DNA of 41,582 bases from an uncultured bacterium (GTDB lineage: Bacteria; Caldisericota; Caldisericia; B22-G15): NCBI GenBank assembly GCA_965612865.1, contig CBFDTJ010000004.1, positions 1 to 41,582 on the forward strand. The letters run 5' to 3'. Both the position numbers and the translations under genes were made by a program. How positions within the stretch are numbered: the first letter of the stretch is position 1; each line of letters opens with the position of its first letter. The notes beneath the pieces are model-generated. The model had not been told where the DNA came from, ran no database searches, and was given only the letters and a program-made list of their open reading frames with translations. Shown here in pieces: positions 1 through 9,803 of the stretch.

Positions 1-699
1 GCAGAAAAACTCGTAAGATCTATAAAGGGAGTAAAAAAGATTGTAAATTCACTTTCAGTTCCAGTGAGAAGGAGTATTTCTGATGAAGATATTGAAGATG
101 CGGCAACCAAAATAATAAAGGAGAGAAACTTATCTGTGAATGTGAGTGTAAGAAATGGCATTTTAAAAATATTTGGTTCCGTTTCAACTCTAAAAGAGAA
201 AAAAACCATAGAGACTTATTTTAAATCTCTCCCTGTAAAGAGGATAGAAAACCAGATCAAGATCGAGCCTCCCTTTCCAGTTAATGATTTTGCTCTTGAA
301 AGCTTACTTTTTGATGCCTTAAGGGAACTTAAAATCTTTCATTTGAGGGTAAAAGTCCTCAATAAAATTGCTTATATAAAGGGAAATGTTGAGAGTGAAG
401 AGGAGAAAAAAGCTGTGGTTGATAGAGCATCAGAGGTTCCGGGAGTTCTTGGTGTTGTAAATGGGATTGTATCAAGAGGAGATAGAAGCAAAGATGTGGA
501 GATAGAAAATAAAATTTCAGAAATCCTTAAGGACAGAATGTTTACTAAAGATAATATTTCATTTTTTTCAGTGGGGGGAGTGGTTTTTCTTGAAGGTGAG
601 GTAACAAATCCTTCCTCCCTCTATGCAATAGAGGAAAAAGTTGGTAAAATTTCAGGTGTTAGGAAAGTAATTAATAGATTAATTGGAGTGATAAGGTAG
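1..699 (+). CDS. Multi-BON domain protein, 5'-truncated by the window edge
   Basis: Frame is open from base 1 (AEKLVRSIKGVKKIVNSLSV...). Repeated BON-type ends 'I/VxGVxxVxNxL/I' and 'V.V.nG.v.l.G.V' segments; three full units plus the end of a fourth. Confidence 0.8.
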   Translation, partial: AEKLVRSIKGVKKIVNSLSVPVRRSISDEDIEDAATKIIKERNLSVNVSVRNGILKIFGSVSTLKEKKTIETYFKSLPVKRIENQIKIEPPFPVNDFALESLLFDALRELKIFHLRVKVLNKIAYIKGNVESEEEKKAVVDRASEVPGVLGVVNGIVSRGDRSKDVEIENKISEILKDRMFTKDNISFFSVGGVVFLEGEVTNPSSLYAIEEKVGKISGVRKVINRLIGVIR

Positions 700-2288
700 T
701 GGTATTAAAAGATATTCTCTTAATGGAAGTAGAAAAGGTATTAGGGGAGAAACCTCCCCTTTCTCTTTACATTCCCAAAAACAAAAAGTATGGAGATATC
801 TCCTCTAATTTTCTTATAAAGTTTGATGATAGCGTAAAGGAGAAGATTTTAAAGATCTTTAGGGAAAATAGGTATTTTGACAAAGTTGACCTTCTCCCAC
901 CCGGATTTCTCAACATGCACTTTTCATCAAAGTTCTATAAAGACTTTGTTTTTGATCTGTTTTTAAAGAAGGAAGATTATTTAAGAAATTCCTTGTCGGA
1001 TAAGAAAAAAATTCAGGTTGAATTTGTATCTGCAAACCCTACAGGTCCTCTAACTCTTGGAAATGGGAGAAATGCTGTTATTGGCGACACACTGGCAAAC
1101 ATACTTTCCTATGTTGGCTATGATGTCCAAAAAGAGTACTATCTAAACGATGCTGGTAGAAAGATTGAGCTTCTTAAAGAATCAGTGTGGGCAAGGATTA
1201 TGGAGATCAAAGGAGAAGATTACGACTTTCCTGAAGATGGATACAAGGGAAAGTATGTTTATGAAATTGCAGAAAGAATCATTAAAGAATTTAATGGAAA
1301 AACATTTAATAAAAAAGAAGTTGGTGAGAGAGCACTACAGATTATAATTGAGTCCATAAGAGAAGACCTCTCCTTGTTTGGAGTTGAGTTTGATAATTGG
1401 TTTTCTGAAAGAGAGATGAGGGAAAGGGGAGAAGTTGAAGAGGTTCTTAGTATCCTTAAAAACAAGGGGTTGATTTATGAAAAAGAGGGTGCTTTATGGT
1501 TTAAGTCATCAGAGTTTGGAGATGAAAAAGATAGAGTTCTTGTAAAATCATCTGGTGATTACACTTATACCCTTACAGATATAGCATACCATGTTAACAA
1601 ATGGAAGAGAGGCTTTGACAGGGTTATAGATATATGGGGATGGGATCACATAGGACACGTTAATCCATTAAAGTGGGCTTTAAGACCTTTTGGTATACCT
1701 GAGGATTTTCTTTATGTAATTCTCTACCATATTGTTCATCTTGTAGAAGGTGGAAAAGAAGTGAAGATGAGTAAGACAAAGGGAGAATTTGTTACCTTAA
1801 GAGAACTTGTGGAAGATATCGGTAAAGATACAGTGAGATTTATGTTTCTTGCCAGATCTCCCTCAGCACCACTTAAATTTGACCTTGAAATTGCAAGAAA
1901 AAAGAGCCTGGAGAATCCTGTTTATTACATTCAGTACGCCTACACAAGGACAAGGGCCATAGAGAGAAAAAGAGTTGAAAGAAATATTCCATTTCCAGAC
2001 ATAAAGAATGTGAGTTTCAATTTTTCTGGTATAGAAAGGGAGATAATGAATAAGATAGTTATCTTTGAGGAGACCCTTTCTTCAAGCGCAAGAAATTACT
2101 CTCCTCATCTTCTTCCATTCTTTGCTCTTGAACTTTCTAAACTCTTCCATTCCTTCTATCATGACTTTCCTGTTTTAACAGAGGACGATGAGGTTAGGAA
2201 TAGAAGACTTGTTGTTGTGAAAAGTGTGGAGATTTTACTCGGATTAATTTTAAGATTTATGGGAGTCTCTACTCCTGAAAGGATGTGA
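699..2288 (+). CDS. argS: Arginine--tRNA ligase
   Basis: VEFVSANPTGPL motif, EYYLNDAG, KMSK, PVYYIQYAY, C-terminal TPERM. GTG start overlaps the BON gene stop. Confidence 0.96.
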   Translation: MVLKDILLMEVEKVLGEKPPLSLYIPKNKKYGDISSNFLIKFDDSVKEKILKIFRENRYFDKVDLLPPGFLNMHFSSKFYKDFVFDLFLKKEDYLRNSLSDKKKIQVEFVSANPTGPLTLGNGRNAVIGDTLANILSYVGYDVQKEYYLNDAGRKIELLKESVWARIMEIKGEDYDFPEDGYKGKYVYEIAERIIKEFNGKTFNKKEVGERALQIIIESIREDLSLFGVEFDNWFSEREMRERGEVEEVLSILKNKGLIYEKEGALWFKSSEFGDEKDRVLVKSSGDYTYTLTDIAYHVNKWKRGFDRVIDIWGWDHIGHVNPLKWALRPFGIPEDFLYVILYHIVHLVEGGKEVKMSKTKGEFVTLRELVEDIGKDTVRFMFLARSPSAPLKFDLEIARKKSLENPVYYIQYAYTRTRAIERKRVERNIPFPDIKNVSFNFSGIEREIMNKIVIFEETLSSSARNYSPHLLPFFALELSKLFHSFYHDFPVLTEDDEVRNRRLVVVKSVEILLGLILRFMGVSTPERM

Positions 2289-2296
2289 GGTGAGTT

Positions 2297-3694
2297 ATGA
2301 GACCAATAATAGGTCTTGAGGTACATACTCAGTTAAATACAGAAACAAAGATGTTTTGTAGATGTAAGATTGATTTTTCTTCTCCCCCAAATACAAATAT
2401 ATGTCCTGTTTGTCTTGGTCTTCCAGGAGCGCTTCCTTCTCTTAATGAAAAGGTAGTTGAGTATGCTTTAAAGATTGGTCATGCTCTAAACTGTAAAATT
2501 TCAAAGACATCTCTGTTTCATAGAAAAAACTATTTCTACCCAGATCTTCCCAAAGGTTATCAGATCTCTCAATATGATATTCCTCTTGCGAAAGAGGGTT
2601 ACCTTGTTTTACCAAAGAGCGGAAAGAAAGTAAGGATTATAAGAGCACACATTGAGGAAGATGCAGGGAAACTGCTTCATCCTGAGGATATAGTAGAGGC
2701 AAATTATTCCTATGTGGATTACAATAGGGCAGGTGTTCCTCTTGTGGAGATTGTAAGTTACCCTGATATAGAAAGTCCAGATGAGGCAGTGGAGTACTTA
2801 ATGGAGCTGAGACTAATACTTATATATCTTGGTGTATCCACTGGAAATATGGAGGAGGGAGCTTTAAGGTGTGATGCTAATGTTTCCATTGAAGGTCATC
2901 CGAGATGTGAAGTTAAGAATATGAATTCATTTAGAAGTGTTAAGAGGGCTTTAGAGTATGAGATAGAAAGACAGATGAAGATTATCAAAGAAGGTGGAGA
3001 GGTTGTTCAGGAGACAAGACACTTTAATGAGTCTGATGGAAAGACATACTCCATGAGGGGAAAAGAGGAAGCAGAGGATTACAGGTATTTCCCTGATCCA
3101 GATCTTCCTCCCCTGGTGCTTACAGATGAAATTATCATAAAGTCAAAAGAAGATATAGGCGAGTTACCCCAGGATGTAAGAAACAGATTGAAGAAATTTT
3201 CTCTGTCAGAAAAAGAAGTTGAAACCCTTGTAGGAAATATTTATTTAAAAGATTTTTATTTTGAATCACTCAAGGTATTTAACAATCCAAAGGCAATAAG
3301 TAACTGGCTTCTTACAGAGGTTTTAGGAATTATGAATGAGAAAGGTCTTAAAGAACTACCATTTACTCCCAGAGATTTATCAAACTCTGTAAAGATGTTT
3401 TCAGATGAAAAAATTTCTTCCAAGATACTTAAAAAAATTATAAAGAAACTATTTGAAGGCAAGAGTTTTAAAGAGATAATTGAGAAGGAAAATATCCTTC
3501 CTATAACATCGAAGGACGAGATAAGAAAATTTGTTTTAGAGGTTCTCAAAGAGAACGAAAAGGTTGTTAATGACTATAAAGAAGGAAAAGAGAATGCCCT
3601 GACTTTTCTTATTGGTCAGGTTATGAGGAAGACAAAAGGAAGAGCGGATCCAAAAATATTAAGAGAGGTATTTTTAGAGGAGCTTAAGAGATGA
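2297..3694 (+). CDS. gatB: Asp-tRNA(Asn)/Glu-tRNA(Gln) amidotransferase subunit B
   Basis: IGLEVHTQL, RKNYFYPDLPKGYQISQ, HIEEDAGK, DYNRAGVPLVEIV, LRCDANVS, DYRYFPDPDL, C-terminal YqeY-like tail. SD GAGGTG upstream. Confidence 0.97.
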   Translation: MRPIIGLEVHTQLNTETKMFCRCKIDFSSPPNTNICPVCLGLPGALPSLNEKVVEYALKIGHALNCKISKTSLFHRKNYFYPDLPKGYQISQYDIPLAKEGYLVLPKSGKKVRIIRAHIEEDAGKLLHPEDIVEANYSYVDYNRAGVPLVEIVSYPDIESPDEAVEYLMELRLILIYLGVSTGNMEEGALRCDANVSIEGHPRCEVKNMNSFRSVKRALEYEIERQMKIIKEGGEVVQETRHFNESDGKTYSMRGKEEAEDYRYFPDPDLPPLVLTDEIIIKSKEDIGELPQDVRNRLKKFSLSEKEVETLVGNIYLKDFYFESLKVFNNPKAISNWLLTEVLGIMNEKGLKELPFTPRDLSNSVKMFSDEKISSKILKKIIKKLFEGKSFKEIIEKENILPITSKDEIRKFVLEVLKENEKVVNDYKEGKENALTFLIGQVMRKTKGRADPKILREVFLEELKR

Positions 3695-6600
3695 GCTTTA
3701 TTCATCTTCATGTCCACAGCGAATACTCAATTCTTGATGGATTCTTAAGAGTAAATGAGCTCATAAAAAGGGTTAAAGAGTTTAAAATGCCAGCAGTAGC
3801 ACTTACAGACCACGGAGGAATGTATGGCATAATACCTTTCTACAAAAGAGCAAAAAAGGAGGGAATAAAACCTATAATAGGTGTTGAAATGTACTTTTCT
3901 CCCACATCCAGATTTGATAAAAAGGGAAAGGAAGATGCTGTAAATTACCACATACTTCTCCTTGCAAAGAATTTTAAAGGTTACCAAAATCTTACAAGAC
4001 TTGTATCCATTGGACACCTTGAGGGTTTTTACTATAAACCAAGAATAGATATGGAGGTTTTAAAAAAGTACAGTGAGGGATTGATTGTTGGAACTTCATG
4101 CCTTAAGGGTGAGATACCTTCTCTTATCCTCTCAGGTCAATATGAGAGAGCAAAGAAAAGAGTCTATGCATTTAAAGAAATCTTTGGAGATGATTTTTAT
4201 ATAGAGCTTCAGAATCATCACCTTCCTGAAGAGGAAAGGGTTATTCCTGAACTTCTCCGTCTTGCCAAAGAGACAGATACAAAATACTTTGCATCAAACG
4301 ATGCCCATTATCTTAAAAAAGAAGATGCAAAGGCACATGGAATACTTTTGTGTATCCAAACTCAGACAACTATAAGTAATCCTGATAGACTTAAGTTTCA
4401 AACTGATGAATTTTATCTGAAGTCCTTTGAGGAAATGTGGGAATTATTTAAAGATATCCCAGACGCCATTCATACTACCATGGAAATTGCTGAAAAATGT
4501 GAGGTTGAAATACCTCTTGGAAAATCAAGGTTACCAAAATTTCCTCTTCCAGAAGGAGAAGACGCATTTTCTGTTTTGAAAAAGAAATGTGAGGAGGGAA
4601 TTGAAGAGAAGTTTGGAAAGGAAACTCCAGAGATAATGGAGAGACTTACAAGAGAACTTTCTGTTATAAAGGAGATGGGATTTTCAGACTATTTTCTCAT
4701 AGTTTCAGATTTTGTTTCTTTTGCCAAGCGTAAAGGTATAAGAGTCGGTCCTGGAAGAGGAAGTGCAGCAGGAAGTCTTGTTTCATACTTACTTGGAATA
4801 ACAGAAATAAATCCACTTCAGTACAATCTTCTCTTTGAGAGATTTCTTAATCCTCAAAGGATTTCCCTCCCAGACATAGACATTGACTTTTCTGATGAGA
4901 GGAGAGATGAAGTTATTGAGTATGTAAGAAAGAAATATGGGGAAGATAGAGTTGCTCAGATTGCCACCTTTGGAAGGATGGAGGCAAGGGGGGTAATAAG
5001 AGATGTTGGCAGAGTTCTTGGGTACTCTGCCAAGGAAATGGACAGGATTGCAAAACTTATACCATTTGGAATGAATTTCAACGATGCCCTGGTTAACGAA
5101 CCCCTGTTAAAGAAGGAAATGGAAAGTGACGAAAACAAAAGAGAACTTTTTGAACTTTCTATGAAGCTTGAAGGACTTATAAGAAACTTTTCCACCCACG
5201 CAGCGGGAATTGTAATAGGTGATACGCCATTATCAGATCTTGTTCCACTTCAGTTTACAAAGGATAAGAGTGTTACAACCCAATATGATAAAGATGTTCT
5301 CGAAGAGATGGGGCTACTTAAAATGGACTTTCTTGGTTTGAGAACACTTACTGTTATTGAGAATGCTTTAACTCTTATAAATAGAGAGAGGGAAGAAAAT
5401 TTTGAAATAGAAAAAATTCCCCTTGATGACGAGAAGACTTTTTCACTTTTAAGGGAGGGTAAAACCATCGGTGTTTTTCAGCTTGAATCTCCCGGGATGA
5501 GGAGAGTTCTTACTGGAGTTAAACCTAACACTATGGAGGATATTATTGCAGTCCTCTCCCTTTACAGACCGGGAACTATTAAGTCAGGTCAGGTTGATGA
5601 ATTTATAAAGAGAAAACATGGAGTTATAAATTATACATCTATTCATCCTTTGCTTGACGAGATCTTGAAACCCACCTATGGAATTATAGTTTATCAGGAG
5701 CAGGTTATGCAGGTTGCCCAAAAACTTGCAGGTTACACTCTTGCTGAAGCGGATCTTTTAAGAAAAGCCATGGGGAAGAAGAAGAAAGATATTATGGCTA
5801 AATTAAGAGATGATTTTATAAATAGATGCATAAACAATGGAATTGAAAAAGAAATAGCTGAAAGGGTCTTTAACACCATAGAAAAATTTGCCGAATATGG
5901 ATTTAATAAGTCTCACAGCACTGCTTACGCCACAATATCTTATCAAACTGCATACCTTAAAGCACATTATCCAAAAGAGTTCTTCACTGCACTTCTTACA
6001 TCTGTTTCTGGAAACGAAGACAGAGAAGCAGATTATATAAAGGAAGCTGAAAGTATGGGAATAAAAATCCTTCCCCCGGATATAAATAAAAGCGACATAT
6101 ACTTTAAAATTGAGGGAGATGCGATAAGGTTCGGGTTTTCAGCCATTAAGAATGTTGGAGAGAATGCTGCAAAGATAATTGTTGAGGAGAGAGAAAAAGG
6201 GGAGTACAGATCCTTCTATGATTTTCTTACAAGATGTAAAAGTGGAAAGATCAATAAAAAGGTTATTGAATCCCTTATAAAGGCAGGTGCCTTCGACAGC
6301 TTAAATCCCGATAGAGTACTTCTCCTGGAAGAGTTAAAAGGGAATGAGAAGAAAAAACCCATGCTTTTTTCTGAACCTGTGAAGAAAAAGAAAGTTTCAA
6401 AGGGAAAGATCCTTGATTGGGAAAAAGAAGCTTTTGGTTTCTATTTTTCGGGACATCCTCTTAAAAACTATATAGAGAAGATGAGGAAGAATGAAATAAG
6501 AATATCAAACTTATCAGAAATAGAAAGTGGAAGCAACGTTAAATTGCTTGGTGCTATAACCAGTTTTAGACACTATAAAACAAAGAGGGGGGATGTAGTT

Positions 6601-7068
6601 TTGAAGTTTGTCTTGGAGGATGAAAGTGGTAAAATCTCCATAGTGGCATTTAACCCCGTTGCCTCTCAGGTGGAGAACTACCTGAGGAAAGAAGGTGTTA
6701 TAAGAATTGAGGGAGAGTATAGAATTGAAAACGATAGAGTTTCAGTAAGGGTTTTAAAGGTTTTGGAGTTTCTTACAAAAAGGGAGCTGGAGGAGAAATT
6801 GAAGGATGTAGAAAAAAGAGGATTCCATCTATACCTTAAACTGAAAAGGAAAAATATTAATGATGAATTTCTTAGATCTCTTCATGAATTCTTTGAAAAA
6901 CATAGAGGGAACGATCCAGTAACAATATATCTTGTGTTAAATGGAAAGAGACTCGAGATGGAGCTTGAAAGAGAACATTTTATAAAAGTAACTCCTAATG
7001 TAATAACTGAACTTAAAAAGCTCATAGGAGAGGAGAATTTCTGGTATAAAGAGGAGATTTTTGCTTAA
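3691..7068 (+). CDS. dnaE: DNA polymerase III alpha subunit
   Basis: N-terminal PHP (HLHVHSEYSILDG), GPGRGSAAGSLV, catalytic PDIDIDF, HAAGIVI, LKMDFLGL, YGFNKSH, OB-fold region. ATGA overlap with gatB. Confidence 0.97.
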   Translation: MSFIHLHVHSEYSILDGFLRVNELIKRVKEFKMPAVALTDHGGMYGIIPFYKRAKKEGIKPIIGVEMYFSPTSRFDKKGKEDAVNYHILLLAKNFKGYQNLTRLVSIGHLEGFYYKPRIDMEVLKKYSEGLIVGTSCLKGEIPSLILSGQYERAKKRVYAFKEIFGDDFYIELQNHHLPEEERVIPELLRLAKETDTKYFASNDAHYLKKEDAKAHGILLCIQTQTTISNPDRLKFQTDEFYLKSFEEMWELFKDIPDAIHTTMEIAEKCEVEIPLGKSRLPKFPLPEGEDAFSVLKKKCEEGIEEKFGKETPEIMERLTRELSVIKEMGFSDYFLIVSDFVSFAKRKGIRVGPGRGSAAGSLVSYLLGITEINPLQYNLLFERFLNPQRISLPDIDIDFSDERRDEVIEYVRKKYGEDRVAQIATFGRMEARGVIRDVGRVLGYSAKEMDRIAKLIPFGMNFNDALVNEPLLKKEMESDENKRELFELSMKLEGLIRNFSTHAAGIVIGDTPLSDLVPLQFTKDKSVTTQYDKDVLEEMGLLKMDFLGLRTLTVIENALTLINREREENFEIEKIPLDDEKTFSLLREGKTIGVFQLESPGMRRVLTGVKPNTMEDIIAVLSLYRPGTIKSGQVDEFIKRKHGVINYTSIHPLLDEILKPTYGIIVYQEQVMQVAQKLAGYTLAEADLLRKAMGKKKKDIMAKLRDDFINRCINNGIEKEIAERVFNTIEKFAEYGFNKSHSTAYATISYQTAYLKAHYPKEFFTALLTSVSGNEDREADYIKEAESMGIKILPPDINKSDIYFKIEGDAIRFGFSAIKNVGENAAKIIVEEREKGEYRSFYDFLTRCKSGKINKKVIESLIKAGAFDSLNPDRVLLLEELKGNEKKKPMLFSEPVKKKKVSKGKILDWEKEAFGFYFSGHPLKNYIEKMRKNEIRISNLSEIESGSNVKLLGAITSFRHYKTKRGDVVLKFVLEDESGKISIVAFNPVASQVENYLRKEGVIRIEGEYRIENDRVSVRVLKVLEFLTKRELEEKLKDVEKRGFHLYLKLKRKNINDEFLRSLHEFFEKHRGNDPVTIYLVLNGKRLEMELEREHFIKVTPNVITELKKLIGEENFWYKEEIFA

Positions 7069-7080
7069 AGGAGGAGTGCT

Positions 7081-8100
7081 ATGAGAATAGGCATTTTGAC
7101 AGGTGGTGGAGATTGTCCTGGCTTGAACTCCACCATAAGAGCAATTTTTATGAGAAGTCTTGACTTCGGTTACAGTGTTTTTGGTTTTTTAAATGGCTGG
7201 AAAGGAGTTATAGATGATGATGGAATTCTTCTAACAAGGGAGGTGGTTGACGACATTATGCCTATTGGAGGTACAATTCTTTATTCCTCAAGAACCAATC
7301 CTTTTAAAGTGGAAAACGGAGTTGAGAAAATAAAAGAAACTTTAAAAAAGGAAAACATAGAAGCTCTTATTGCAATAGGTGGAGATGATACTCTTGGTGT
7401 TGCATCCCGTTTATATGAAGAGCATGATATAAAGACTGTTGGTGTTCCCAAAACAATGGATAATGATATTTCAGAAACAGATTATACTTTTGGATTTGAT
7501 TCCTCTGCTACAGTATCCATGGATGCCATCGAGAGACTTAGAGATACTGCGAAGGCAATGAAAAGGGTAATAGTTCTAGAGGTAATGGGAAGACACGCAG
7601 GTTGGGTTGCTCTATTCACAGGACTTGCTGGAGCAGCAGATTACACCCTTCTTCCAGAAGAAAAATATAATGAAGATGAATTAATTGAGAAGATAAAGAA
7701 AGCATTTGAGAGGAAGAATTATGCCGTTGTTTGCGTATCTGAAGGAGTTGAAATAGGGGAAGATGAGTCCCATGAGGTAGATGCTTTTGGACATAAATTG
7801 TTGCAGGAAAAGGGAGTTGGAAACTACATTGCTAAGGTTATAAAGGAGAAAACCGGAATTCAGACAAGATCTGTTCAGATTGGTCATATTCAGCGAGGTG
7901 GCTCTCCTACTCTTTTTGATAGAATACTTACCATGAGACTTGGTGTTAAGGCTGTTGAGATGGTTAAGAGTGGAGAGTTTGGCAGGATGGCTACCATGAA
8001 AAATGGAGAAATTACATCTGTTCCACTGAAGGAAGCTGTTGGTAAAACAAAGGTGGTAACAGAGGACTGGATAAAGCTAAAGAGGATTTTCGAAAAGTAA
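7081..8100 (+). CDS. pfkA: 6-phosphofructokinase, PfkA family, probably pyrophosphate-dependent
   Basis: TGGGDCPGLN, GGDDT, PKTMDND, EVMGRHAGW, GHIQRGG. SD AGGAGG upstream. Confidence 0.93.
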   Translation: MRIGILTGGGDCPGLNSTIRAIFMRSLDFGYSVFGFLNGWKGVIDDDGILLTREVVDDIMPIGGTILYSSRTNPFKVENGVEKIKETLKKENIEALIAIGGDDTLGVASRLYEEHDIKTVGVPKTMDNDISETDYTFGFDSSATVSMDAIERLRDTAKAMKRVIVLEVMGRHAGWVALFTGLAGAADYTLLPEEKYNEDELIEKIKKAFERKNYAVVCVSEGVEIGEDESHEVDAFGHKLLQEKGVGNYIAKVIKEKTGIQTRSVQIGHIQRGGSPTLFDRILTMRLGVKAVEMVKSGEFGRMATMKNGEITSVPLKEAVGKTKVVTEDWIKLKRIFEK

Positions 8101-9788
8101 TGAAATTTTTTACTTCTTTAAGGTTTCAAGTAGCTGTAACTTTTCTCGTGGTCGTAATAATAACCACGCTTTCTCTTGGTTCCCTTCTCATCAAAGAAAC
8201 AGAGACTAAATTCTGGAAAGCAGAGGAGGAGAAGCTTTCTACTATAGGAAGGCAACTTGTTTCCTCCTACAATCGAGTGAGTGAAAAACTGAAAGTGCAG
8301 GCAGATTTACTTAATACAGATTTGAATGTAGTCAAAAAGACACAGCTTGAGACAGCACTCTTTGATTATACAAAGCCCATTCATGAAGAAAATGAAGAGA
8401 TAGGTGTTGGTTTTTTTATATATGGAGATGATTTCAATAGACCTCTTGCTGTTCAAGAATCAAAGTCAAAAGATAGTGAAAAGATAAGAGTGGTTTTCCC
8501 TATATATGAGAATGGCGAGAAAGCAGGGTTTGTGTGGGTTGAGGAGCCAAAAGATCTTGTGCTTTCTGAGATAGAATCTTTAAAAGCCAAAGAGAGAAAT
8601 ATTATACTTGTGGTTCTACTTATTTCAGGAATTTTAGCAATCTATATATCTTTGATGTTTGTAAAAAAGGTTACCATCATAAAGACTGGCCTTGAAAATC
8701 TAAAATCTGATCTATCCTATAAACTTCCTGTAATGAGTGGAGAGATAGGAGAAATAAGTAGGGCAATAAATGATTTGTCCACATCTCTTCTTGTATCAAG
8801 AAGTAACTCTGAAAAAATCCTTGAGACCATAGCTTCCGGCGTTCTTATTGTTTCCAGGGATGGAACAGTTAAGGAATTTAACAGAGCCTGTGAGGAACTT
8901 CTTGGAGTAAGGAAGAAAGATGTTATAGGAAAGGACTATACTCTTTTTCCCCATTTAAGAGAGATTGTGGAGTCTGTAAAGGGTGGTGGAAGATTCAGGG
9001 AAAAGAAGATTAAAGTCGGGGGTAATGAGAAAATATTTCACATATTTTCCACTCCATTTAATGGAGATGATTTATTAATAAGTGTAGAGGATGTAACTGA
9101 GGAAGTAAAATTGCTGGAGGAAAAGCGTAGAACCGAGGCTTTGAAAACTCTTGGGATGTTTACCACAGGTGTTGCCCATGAAATTAGAAACCCTTTAACA
9201 TCCATAAAAGGTTTTGCTCAAATTCTTGAGAAGAAACTTGAAGGAAAGGGTGGAGATGAAGAAAGGTATATAAAAACAATACTCTCAGAGGTTAGAAGAC
9301 TGGAGAATATTCTAAGAGATCTCCTTATGTACGGAAGGCCCTCCCCTCCAAACAAAATTATGACAAACATCTCAAAAGCTATAAAAGATTCACTATCTCT
9401 GCTTAATGAGAAGTTAAAGGAGAAAAACATAAAAGTTGAGATAGATTTTGAGTATGATCCCAGATTCTCCTTTGATCCGAAACAGATGGAACAGGTATTT
9501 ATAAACCTTATCCTTAATGCTATAGATGCCTCAGAATTTAACAGTAAAATAATCATAAGAACAAAGAGGGCACAGAATGGTATACTTATAGAGATAAAAG
9601 ATTTTGGTTTTGGTATAAAGGAGGAGGATAGGGAGAAGATATTTATGCCATTTTTTACCACGAAGGAAAAGGGAACAGGACTGGGTCTTCCAATATCTCA
9701 AAAGATAGTAGAGATGCATGATGGTAAAATATGGTTTAACTCAAACAAGGATGGGACAACGTTTTTTGTCTACATTCCTATTAAATAG
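8100..9788 (+). CDS. Membrane sensor histidine kinase (2 TM, HAMP, PAS, HisKA, HATPase), NtrB/AtoS-like
   Basis: Two hydrophobic segments, GEIGEIS HAMP-like, PAS-like 'FNRACEELLG', H-box AHEIRNPL, N-box NLILNAIDA, FFTTKEKGTGLGL. TAATG overlap with pfk. Confidence 0.92.
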   Translation: MKFFTSLRFQVAVTFLVVVIITTLSLGSLLIKETETKFWKAEEEKLSTIGRQLVSSYNRVSEKLKVQADLLNTDLNVVKKTQLETALFDYTKPIHEENEEIGVGFFIYGDDFNRPLAVQESKSKDSEKIRVVFPIYENGEKAGFVWVEEPKDLVLSEIESLKAKERNIILVVLLISGILAIYISLMFVKKVTIIKTGLENLKSDLSYKLPVMSGEIGEISRAINDLSTSLLVSRSNSEKILETIASGVLIVSRDGTVKEFNRACEELLGVRKKDVIGKDYTLFPHLREIVESVKGGGRFREKKIKVGGNEKIFHIFSTPFNGDDLLISVEDVTEEVKLLEEKRRTEALKTLGMFTTGVAHEIRNPLTSIKGFAQILEKKLEGKGGDEERYIKTILSEVRRLENILRDLLMYGRPSPPNKIMTNISKAIKDSLSLLNEKLKEKNIKVEIDFEYDPRFSFDPKQMEQVFINLILNAIDASEFNSKIIIRTKRAQNGILIEIKDFGFGIKEEDREKIFMPFFTTKEKGTGLGLPISQKIVEMHDGKIWFNSNKDGTTFFVYIPIK

Positions 9789-9797
9789 TGGTATAAT
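9789..9797 (+). promoter_or_regulatory. Extended -10 promoter (TGgTATAAT) for the response regulator, likely leaderless
   Basis: Perfect TGnTATAAT 6 nt before ATG 9804; no SD. Confidence 0.65.
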
Positions 9798-9803
9798 TTG
9801 GAT

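Noticed and set aside
3691..7068. Possible intein or split in dnaE
   Set aside because: ORF is continuous, normal in length, and motifs such as YGFNKSHS are uninterrupted.
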